A stretch of 63,898 nucleotides of DNA from Nemertoderma westbladi. Its lineage: Eukaryota > Animalia > Xenacoelomorpha. Where the stretch lies: assembly GCA_032718475.1 (NCBI GenBank), contig JAUCBJ010000753.1, forward strand, positions 1 to 63,898, written 5' to 3'. The position numbers and the translations under genes were made by a program. Positions within the stretch are counted from its first letter, which is position 1; each line of letters opens with the position of its first letter. Under the pieces are notes generated by a model. It saw nothing but the letters and a program-made list of their open reading frames with translations, had not been told where the DNA came from and made no database searches. Positions 13,231-23,482 of the stretch are shown piece by piece.

Positions 13231-16200
13231 CATTATTATTAAACATGGTGAAATATTATAAAGATGTTAACATCGGAGAAAAACAACAAGGTACACTTAC
13301 GGTAAAACCAGGTACACTAATAGTTGAATTGAGATCAGAAAAACACGAATGAATAAAATTAGTGACCAATGCATCTTAAGAAAATAAAAACGGACTTTAA
13401 GTACATACTAAAGAGAAAAATCAAGCAGAAATTTAAACAGAAATGAAGTAAAAATATTGAAATTATGTATGTAAATACTATAAACAGTACACTAGAGCAG
13501 CATATTATTAAAAATTTACAAATCTTATAAAAACATAACAATATGCCATATTAAATTAAAAACGTATACATGAGTTCCAAGTAGTACAATAGAACAAATG
13601 ACATTATTACAAATATAGATATAGAAGGCAGATAACAATTAATAGTATGTAGAAATTATAATAGATATGATAAAAACATAAAGTAGAACAGATAAAAACA
13701 TATATTATATTTACAAATAAAATTACAATAATTACACTAAATTCCGGTTAAATTTACAAAAAGAAAGTAGGTTAATTTCTTTGAGGTCTTAGAGAAAATA
13801 ACAGTTTATTACGGCAATTTACAACTTCAGCTGGAAGCGAGTTCCAAATGGGCACGGCACACTCTGTGGGAAAAATTATTTTTGCACATCTGCAAGCGCG
13901 ACTGTTTATGAAACAGTTTATGGTCGTGACCTCTCAACCCACCCCTAGGGGCCACGGTAAAGAAGTCAGCAAAGTTTAGGTCGACTTCGTTGTTCGAAAG
14001 AGCGAAGGTCATCTTGAGGTCAAAAATTATGTGGCGCACTTCCAGGGGTTGAAGTTGTAATACGTTAATTCGATTCAAATATCTTACTGTACAATCCAAA
14101 TTACAACGTTTAAAAAGGCGATGCGTAAAATATCTCTATACCCGCTCAAGTAAGTCTATACAACCTAAATGAAAAGGAGACCATATAGGCGTACAGTACT
14201 CTAATAAGGGACGCACATAGGATTTAAAAGCCGTAATTAATGCAGAACGATTCGAAGTTAAAAAGCACTTGAAAATCAAATTTGTCATTTTTAGGGCCTT
14301 GGCCTTGTTCGCGACAGTAAACATTGAAATTAAGAGAACTACACATTGTAATACCCAGGTCTCTACAGGAAGTGTCAATCTTTAAACATTTACCACCTAA
14401 CATGTACTGCGTATCATTTTGGTCTGCCGAACCGATGTAAAGCACGGTGCACTTATGAGCAGCAATTTTGAGTTGCCATGTATCAGCCCACTTTTCCAAA
14501 GCAGATAAAGCTTCAGCGAGTTGCAAATTATCGGACGAGCGCGCATACAGCTTTACATCATCGGCGAACAATTTGCATGATACACTATTACCAATTATAT
14601 CAGGATGGTCATTAATAAATAACACAAACAATATTGGGCCAAGTACGCTACCTTGAGGGGTACCGGATAGTACATAGCAGATCTCCAGAATCTCCAGATA
14701 TACCATATGCCAATAATTTAGATAATAATTTCCTATGTACAACAGAATCAAATGCTTTCGCAAAATCAATATAAATTGTGTCCGTGCTCTTTCGACTATC
14801 TAATAAATTGCACCAATCAGTTGTACATTCCAATAATTGAGTACAGGTAGACCGTTTCTTTAGGAATCCATGTTGCGATTTAGATATGAGTTTATGAGAA
14901 TATAAATAATCGAGCAATTCGTCCTTTATACACATCTCCATAATTTTTCATGCAATACAGGTCAAAGAAACAGGTCTGTAATTGTACGGGTCGGCAGCCT
15001 CCCCCTTCTTATAGATTGGAACTATGAATGCTGTTAACCAAATAGTAGGTAGACAATGGCTACTAAACGATATTTGGAAAATTGCCGCTAGAGGAGCTGC
15101 CAAGCACTGTGATAATCTAAGAGAAGATCATACTGGGGAAACCATCAGGCGCACGACTCGATTTACCTTCAAGTTTACGTAATATACAGGATACGTTTAC
15201 CTGACTAAAATCAACATGAGACATAGAAATATGATTGGGAACACGCCGCTCAAAATTTGGTGTAGCACTGTTATCAACGGAAAAGTTTTCTGAGGATACC
15301 TTTGATAGAATACGGGCTTTCTCAATATCATCTACCACGGTTGCACCTTTAAATTTAAACAGTGAAACACCAGAATTAAGGTTACGTTTCGAATTGATAT
15401 ATGAAAAAATATCACCGATATTGCCCGAACTAATAATCTTGTTTTCCCGAATGCAGGCTGCCCTGAAGCATGCCTGGGATACAGCTTTGGCGCATTTCTT
15501 ATATTCAGAACTACCAGTTACGGTATGACGTCGCCGCCATAAGCGTTTTTTCTTGCGTTGTAATAAACGAACAAAATCAGGGAAAACCTTCTTCTTGCGC
15601 ACTGTCACAAAACTCTTAAAAGTAACAAATCTTTCTAAACCTGTACGTAGTGTAGTGTAGCACTAAAAAAATCCCAAAAATCATCAACAGAAATACATGA
15701 ATCAAAATTAGTGTTCCAATCAATACTTTCCATAAATATGGAGAATTCACTGTAGTTACCATTCTTAAAATCATAATAACCTATGTTATCATCAGATGAC
15801 GGGCTATGATCAGCAATGATTTTAATATAAAATATTAAAAATTACAGATGCATGGTCACTAGTACTAAAATTATCAGTAACATCTACATTAGAAACAAAC
15901 ATATCCTCACTGGAAAAAACTAGATCTAGAATATTATTATCGCAGGTGGGTTTTAATTGTAACTGAGTTAAACCACTTTCCATAAAACACTGGTTTAGTA
16001 AGTCGTAGTTAGCATATGTAGGTAGGATGTGTTAAGTTAAGCCAATCGAAATCTGGTAAATTAAAATCACCATTCACGACACATGGGTTATTTACTTGAC
16101 AGAGAAGATGCATTCGGACAAGAGTTTATCAGTTTCAATGTTCCTGATCGATATATACATATAAACCGACAGGGGGAGCTTCCAACTAGATCGATCGCTA

Positions 16201-16565
16201 CCACCTCAGTATCTACAAAGCGAGCCGGTAGTTGTACCGGGACGCATTTGATGTCCGACCGGACAAGGACGGCAACTCCACCACCTACGAACAGCTTCCC
16301 GTTTATGGTACTGCTGCTCAGCCTGTAGTCGGGTAAGATCATGGTCGATCTAAACCCCAGTATGCGCACTGCGCAGTAGATTTCCGGAGTTTTTTCTTTT
16401 GTTCCATGATATTATTCTTGGAATCCATGCTAGAGAGGCGGACAATGAAACGCGTAGGTTTATTATCCTTCGCCGGTAGACTGGAAACTACTGAAAATAC
16501 CACATCTTTCTGATCGAACTCTGACTCCAACAGAGAAGAGATTTATCCTTTGTTAGAATCGTCGG
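13231..16565 (-). mobile_element. CR1-group LINE (ORF1 remnant, APE endonuclease, RT), degraded
   Basis: GGGVAVLVRSD (EN), QHGFLKKRST, YIDFAKAFDSVVH, GTPQGSVLGPILFVLFIND, FADDVK, YVRPLLEYCTPIWSP, LRGHDHKLF; ORF1-like 16339..16530; low-coordinate (3' UTR) boundary approximate. Confidence 0.88.
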
Positions 16566-16865
16566 TAAAAAATATTTAGTTTAATATCTTACACCCTTGT
16601 TACACCTGGTACGAAGTTTCAGAATTTAGTTGTATCATGTACTCGGTCTATATAGTCCCGCTCTCAAAAAGCATTCCTTTGATCAAACATTGATCAAACT
16701 TTGATCAATATGTACCATGTAATATTGAAATGTACCAGGCTTATAAAGCCTGCCATTGAGTTATACCAAAGGCGCTGCAATTCAAAGTCTAGATTCCCAC
16801 TGAGCCATGTGTCAATCAAGCAGCCCTCTTTCCCTCTCTCTCTGTGTGTAATGGTCCACATGCTC

Positions 16866-17610
16866 TGTGGGGCGAGCCACGAAGTGAGCAAAGCCTTAGC
16901 ATATGGGTACCACCATTAACAAGTTGTCTGTCGTCGTCGTCGTAAATTTTTGATCGCTAATAACTCGGTTATTCCTTGATGAAATTAAACAAAACTTGGT
17001 ATGTATGTAGTCCGGCAAAAGCTTAGAAAGAATCTCAAGTTTGGTCAAAAATGAACGAACTTAACGAGTTTACAGTGGATACATAAATATAATAATAATA
17101 AAATAATACATAAATCAGCAGTCACTCTCACAGTTTCGAGACTTTGCACAGTTATAAAGGACGTTAGTCTCCGTTTAGGGATACTATTTTAAGACAAAAC
17201 AGGATGAGCACAACGAGGCTAATGAAGGCCATAAATCAGCAGTCACTCTCACAGTTTCGAGACTTTGCACAGTTATAAAGGACGTTAGTCTCCGTTTAGG
17301 GATACTATTTTAAGACAAAACAGGATGAGCACAACGAGGCTAATGAAGGAGAAGAGTATTGTAAAACTAAAAATGTCATACTTAACTTAAATAGCCCTAG
17401 TTAGAAGGTTTACAAATGACAGTTAAAGTGTGTAAGGGGAAACTGAAATGGATCTCTATTGTTACAACTAGTTTATCACAAACTGATAGCATCGCCTTCA
17501 CTCATATATATTTTAGGAAAGACAGTTTTCGTATATCTAATGGAGATTAGTATAATGTACTTTCTAATTTAGGCTCTCGTGCTGCGCGAAGGCCCCACGA
17601 ACATGTAAAG
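16866..17610 (+). mobile_element. Non-autonomous repeat, probably Helentron-associated (DINE-1/HINE-like); related copies at ~37460..38070(-) and ~31790..32435(-)
   Basis: Shared terminus tgtggggcgagccacgaagtgag, GTC/GTCT microsatellite, gatgaaatt..aacttggt core and gcgcgaaggccccacgaa subterminal motif; the family label is an inference. Confidence 0.5.
17108..17349 (+). repeat. Tandem duplication of ~120 bp, left arm only
   Basis: cataaatcagcagtcactctc...gaggctaatgaagg occurs twice; a single copy lies in the right arm at ~37720-37841. Confidence 0.9.
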
Positions 17611-18460
17611 GATGTCTGCAGAGCACGCAGGACACCACGTCCATATCATACCTCAATCAATCAATCAATATATATTTATTAGCCTTTAAAACTTGAACCA
17701 GCATGCTGATTCAAGGCAGTTAACATGTATATTGCACTATACATAACAACTGATAATAAAAAGATGCCCAAGTCGACGGGCAAAAATTGTTTTAACCAAT
17801 TCGTAAAATGGCCGGTATATCTACTGTACATACATACCATATTGCAATATAAATAAACATTTATCTGGAAATCAATAGTTAAGACCAGGCCTAGTCATAC
17901 ATCGTAAGCAAAGAAGCAAAACGCACACACACACACACAAAAAAAAATATTAGAATCATATTATTTAAGGGGAAGTCTACTCACTCACTCACGTCCATAA
18001 TCTGGTCTACACACACAAATCACATATTGTATTCGCGAGAAAAATATCGTTCCCTCATATTATTTCAAGGCACACTATCCATACTAGAGCATTTAACCTA
18101 TGGTGGATTGTTCTGTTACGTAACGGCTGATCTATCGTATTGTTTCATGTAGTGTGTTTTTAGTTGCGATATAAATTTATTTTGAAATATTTTGTCACGG
18201 AATAAGTTGTTTTTGCGATTCCATATTCTAGAGCATGCTATAAGAAATTAATAATGTCCTATTTGTTTCTAGTTTTTGGGATCTTGATTTTTTTGGTGCG
18301 ATTGTTTATGATTTTATTGGATATATTAAATTGTTGTATAAATGGTAGTTTCAATTGTTTAAACAATAGGTTTGTTCTTTTAGTTAAGCTTCTCTAACAG
18401 TATAAGCTACTCAGTTACTTGATTAGGCCTAGGTAGGTTTATTAGGCCGGTACCCTACAA

Positions 18461-18672
18461 CTACTACTACTACTACTACTACTACTAGGATCAGCATGCT
18501 GCATTGCAGCTGCATTTTTAAGAATGCTGTGCCGGCTTGTCAACAAAATTGCACCGCCACAACTCCCTATCACCCATGACATTTGCTAGATCATCCGCAT
18601 CTTTAAGGCCAGTGTCCTTTAAGATGCGTCTCAAGAAATTCATGGGCTGTCCACCATGCTTATTCACTCCAT
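18461..18672 (-). mobile_element. 5'-truncated copy of the same RTE LINE (3' end plus tail)
   Basis: (CTA)n followed by the reverse complement of ~738-925. Confidence 0.92.
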
Positions 18673-19309
18673 AACATTATGTGTCGATTGTCGTGACAAT
18701 TGTCGATTTAGTTGTACTAGACAGCTAGAGGCATGTTTTAACTTTGACTTTTAAGACCAAATTATCAGTATTATGAAGCTACTGTATTGTGTATGGCCTG
18801 TATTTCACAAGCCAAGACTTTGTCCTAATTGCGATGTGACAGATTGCTAAGTATATGTGAATAATTCTTATTGTAGGCTTTCTTAGAGGTGTTCTGGCCT
18901 TTTGGGTCTCATTTTGGGTTCATTGAAACTGCAATGTATAATTTAGTTGCAGAATAATCACATTTTATGACCAAATCATCAGTACTTTTGCAGTCATGGT
19001 GTATATTTCATATTACAATTCAAGATCTTGTGCTATTGCGAGGTGATATATCTGTATATATATATATATCACTTTGTTGACTTTTAGTGGTGGTATTTGA
19101 CTAATTTTATGCTTATTGGAAATGCAATGGTATACTTCAGGGTGTACTTGACCCATAACACCACTAAAAAACCTAAAATGAGAAACACTCTCACAGCTAA
19201 TGCTTCGCTATGATAGTATCTTGTTGCAAAACGCCCCATCGCAACGTTAACGATGATCGCGATTGTAGTGGGATAACTTTTGTAGCATTGAGCATTGGGT
19301 AGACTTCAA

Positions 19310-20602
19310 CCAAATTAAAAAAAAATTCCATTGCGAGACTGCTCCATGGAAATCAGAGTGGGTTCCGTAAAGGTCGTGGGACCATGGAGCCCATTTTGGC
19401 AATTAAAAGGATAATTGAAGAGTTATCAAAAAAGAAAGACAGGCTGTTATCTTTGTTGACTTCTTCAAGGCCTTTGATTCAGTCTCTCGCTCATGTATGT
19501 TCGGCATACTTTCATTATATAGGATTCCTGATGAAATTATTGCAGCAATCAGATCAGTAGTATATGATGGTTCAACAACATTTGAGTCTACTGTTGATGG
19601 TGACACAGAACCATTTTAAGTATTATGGGGAGTCCTCCAAGGAGACACACTTGCGCCATTCTTGTTCATAATTGTGGTTGATAATTGTGGCATGTCTTCA
19701 GATCATCATAATGATGATGGGGTGATGGTAACTCCACCTACTGGCTCCAGAAGTCAAGGAAATCCTGCCAAGTACCTAACTGATTTATACTTTGCTGATG
19801 ACTTAGGAGTACCCTCAGAATCACTAGAGGGAGCCCAACGGCTCTTCAGCTCATTAGAACAGGCTGCTTCTAGTGTGGGTCTTTTTATTAACTCAAAAAA
19901 GACCAAAATTTTGACAGTTAACTTTGAAAGTCCTCAGCAAGTCTTGGTAAGGGTGGTATGCTTTAGCATGTGGACGACTTCTGTTACCTGGGATCATGGA
20001 TCCAGGAAGTCAGGTGAGGGAGGACCTTCGAATACATAATGGAAAGGCATGGGCAGCCTTGAATAGGCTTTCCAGGATTTGGAAGTCACAGAGGATTAAT
20101 TGGAAACTTAAGGTCCGATTATTTAGAGCAGCAGTAGTTCCAGTACTCCTCTATGGGAGTCCATGCTGGGCTCTAACTGCTGAGGACACCAAATCTCTGG
20201 ATGGCACCTTCACAAAAATGCTACGCCAGGGTTCATTGTGTCAAGTACAATGCACAGCACACATCTCCAACCAGACACTATATAACATTGGAGGTATCTC
20301 ATTGGTTCCCCCCAACTTGATACTAGAACAAAGTCACCTCCGATTTGCAGGACACTGCTTTCACCATGAGGACCAGCCAGAGCATAATCTTGTGCTTTGG
20401 CAGCCTCATGGAGTGAATAAGCATGGTGGACAGCCGATGACGTCTCAAGAAACGCATCTTAAAGGACACGCATGGGCCTTGAAGATGCGGATGATCTAGC
20501 AAATGTCATGGGTGATAGGGAGTTGTGGTGGTGCAATTTTGTTGACAAGCCGGCACAGCATTCTTAAAAATGCAGCATGCCAATCCTAGTAGTACTAGTA
20601 GT
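19310..20602 (+). mobile_element. RTE-clade LINE, more diverged copy (RT domain to tail)
   Basis: NQSGFRKGRGT, FVDFFKAFDSV, GVLQGDTLAPFLFIIVVD, YFADDL; ORFs 19662..20039 and 19996..20499 parallel 15..893; agtagtactagtagt tail. Confidence 0.9.
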
Positions 20603-20732
20603 ATGTATTTGGCTCTCCAACATGACTATGTCAACTCCTGCCACAATCACCATAACCGAATGACGCTACGGCAAAGAACAAGAATGCAACAAAGTTCGAA
20701 CAGGTTGCTGGACAGAAAGCTGCAGAACAGGT

Positions 20733-20763
20733 TGCTGGACCAGGTACCGGTACTGGTCCAGCA
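20733..20763. repeat. 31-bp near-perfect GC-rich palindrome
   Basis: tgctggacca-g-gtaccggtac-tggtccagca (one bulged base). Confidence 0.85.
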
Positions 20764-20924
20764 GTACTACTGCAGTAAGGACAATTCAAACCAAACATAT
20801 CCTGCACAGCACAATAATGAAATACAGCAATTCAAAAAAACGCTGGAGAATGGAATTTCAGTTTGAAACCAAGGGGAGGGAAGTTTGAAATTCTTGTGAG
20901 TGGTTCAATATTTTGACAAAATTT

Positions 20925-21082
20925 GACAATTAATATGCTCAAACAAAGAGACTGCTAATAAATATTCCAAAACGCTGAGACTGCTAATTAATATTCCCAA
21001 ACAAAGATACTGCTAATTAATATGCTCAAATAAAGGTACTGCTAATTAATATTCCCAAACAAAGATACTGCTAATTAATATT
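20925..21082 (+). repeat. Tandem repeat, ~29-bp unit, ~5 copies
   Basis: aaacaaagatactgctaattaatattccc variants. Confidence 0.85.
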
Positions 21083-21488
21083 AGATCAAGGACCACACTT
21101 CCTCCTCTCTCCCTCCCCAAACTTGGCACATCGTCAGCCCAACCTAGGAATTCCTTTTTGATTCTCTTTTTTATTGGGGTATCGGTGTCACTCTCCATAA
21201 TAGCAACAACAGCAGCAGCAGTGGCACAGAGGTACTACGAAAAGCTTTCCTGTCTCTTTAATGTTACTGTCTCTTCTTGATCTCGATCTTCAAGTTTCCC
21301 TGTATTTCTATGGGGGTTTCTAGGGGGGCCTCACTGGAAAGAGTCGTCATACTTTGTGTTTATTCCCTGACCTAACTGTCGAAGGAAACTTTACTTTTAA
21401 ATAAATATATTTTTTTAATAGTACGTAAATAACTTATTTTTTAGGCTTTTTATTATGGTTATATTAATATTATATTTGTTTGTTTTAG

Positions 21489-21824
21489 ACTCGGACTCCT
21501 CAGCCTCACTCAGTTCTTCAGGCACCTCCATCGCCTCTCCAACCTCTCTACCACCAGGGTCCTACTCCATCGCCTCCCCAAGCGCTCCACCACCGGGGTC
21601 CCACTCCATCGCCTCGCCAAGCGCTCCACCACCGGGGTCCTACTCCATCGCCTTGCCAAGCGCTCCACCACCGGGGTCCTACTCCATCGCCTCGCCAAGC
21701 GCTCCACCACCGGGGTCCTACTCCATCGCCTCCCCAAGCGCTCCACCACCGGGGTCCCACTGTGTCCCGGATGTGTCCCAAACGCTTGGGGCAACTCCTA
21801 CAGTGGGACCCGCTATGGAAACTA
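21489..21824 (+). CDS. Putative Ser/Pro-rich exon with a 39-bp repeat x6 (SIASPSAPPPGSY), possibly spliced to the Helitron-like ORF
   Basis: Flanked by a ttgttttAG acceptor and GTGAGT donor; open, GC-rich island in AT-rich DNA; phase 1-1. Confidence 0.5.
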
Positions 21825-22037
21825 GTGAGTTTATTTAAATCAATAATATTTTGTTGTTTTAATATTTATTTTTCAGCTCTTTAGGAATTTATTATCGAAA
21901 CGGGTTAATATAAATTATAATATATTAGTAATATTTGAGTTTCACATGAAAGAGAAATTTATGTATCACAATGTTTTTGGGTGTCTTTGTGTATCAAAGT
22001 ATCAAGTGCCGGAATGTTTGCCAAAAGCCGCCTATTG

Positions 22038-22200
22038 TGAATATTGGACATAATTTTTATGTCAACCTTTTTGGTAAAGTCGGAATATTGGACATAATTT
22101 TTATGTCAACCTTTTTGGTAAAGTCGGAATATTGGACATAATTTTTATGTCAACGTTAACGTTTGACGTTAACGTTTGTCAAACGCTAACGTTTGACACA
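22038..22200. repeat. 44-bp tandem repeat (2 full copies plus a partial) with internal dyad, followed by clustered palindromes
   Basis: gaatattggacataatttttatgtcaacctttttggtaaagtcg; then gtcaacgttaacgtttgac and gtcaaacgctaacgtttgac. Confidence 0.85.
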
Positions 22201-23482
22201 CACACGTCTTTGTCTCACCCGCGCACTTTAACTCATAATATAGACTACTGGTCCACCACTCATTGTAACGACATCTTCATTAACACCTCCATTATCTCAT
22301 TAACTTTTCTATTAATTTATTATTTTCATTACAGATTCATTAATTTCTCCACATTCATCATCATCATCATTAGTTTACAAACAGAATATAAGTATCTTTA
22401 TATATTTACTTTGATTGGGTTTATAATTCCAATGTAAATAAATATGCTGATGTTGTTTTTTGTGAATCAACTTTGACATTCGTAACTCATTTTCTATTGA
22501 GATATTTGAATTAAGATATAAAATTATTATTGTGGAATGAAATAACGGGGAGATTTTATCTTATCAAATTAATTGTGATAGTTAATTAATAAAAGAGTCT
22601 TAGTCAGCGAAACCTCTGTAGATGAGACACTTATATTTGATATCCGCTTGTCTGTCTGTTAGTTTGTCTGTGTGTTGGGGTGTCTGTGTGTTTAATGATT
22701 AAAATTTGTTATTATAGTTATTTATTAGCTAAAAATTGTATCACAGACTCGGCTTGATCTGTTCAATAGGGCGCGTTTAAGTTGCTAATTTATTAAATTA
22801 ATTTCCGTGAGTTTATATTAATGAAATTCTAAAAGGGGACGGGCAGAATTACTGGAGTTATGACGAGTCAAAGTTATTCCACAGATTAAATAAACACTGA
22901 GGATATTATTTATACATGTTTTTACCCACTGACTGTGAGTTGTTTGCTTGGTAGTTTCTTAATGTTTCCTGTAACATAGTATTGTGTTACTTGGGTGGAA
23001 TAATGTAATATATCTGTTCAATCAATGAAAGCTTATGCACTGTTATAATTATTATATTAATTATAAGTTAAATTATGTATTAATTGTATGCCTGACTGTC
23101 TGTCTACTTTTCTGTTTGTTTGTCTGTTTGTCATGCTTGTCTGTTTGTTTGTCTGTTTGTGTTATAGTTAACATGTTTCTTGCTATTGAGCAACTAATTT
23201 TGCACTGCTTACTGATCAACGTTTATTCTGAGCCATTTACGTAGTTAGTTACCATCCAGCATTCCTCTGTTTTGATTTAGTTAACAAGGGTTACTGTTTT
23301 GTTTTTAATTGTTTTTTATTAAGTGTATTAGATTACAATAATTAACGATGATAAATTCATTCATAACGACGATTAAAAATGATATATTTTGAAATTCAAT
23401 AACATCAACTTCCATGGTGTAAGATTCTGTTTCTGAAACTTTTTCTGATATTATCTATTTATATTTTTCAGATCCGAATCCG

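Larger units (their letters stand above)
16566..18460 (+). repeat. Arm C (left) of the large inverted repeat; inverted copy of 35633..38288
   Basis: taaaaaatatttagtttaatatc... matches the reverse complement of ~38265-38288; ...ccggtaccctacaa matches the reverse complement of ~35634-35648. Confidence 0.95.

Noticed and set aside
21510-21794. Antisense Arg/Trp-rich ORFs
   Set aside because: Shadow frames of the 39-bp repeat
22038-22160. CRISPR-like array
   Set aside because: Units are contiguous without unique spacers; no cas genes; eukaryotic context
23035-23244. Small hydrophobic membrane protein
   Set aside because: Produced by a TGTC/TGTT microsatellite-like tract, probably intronic
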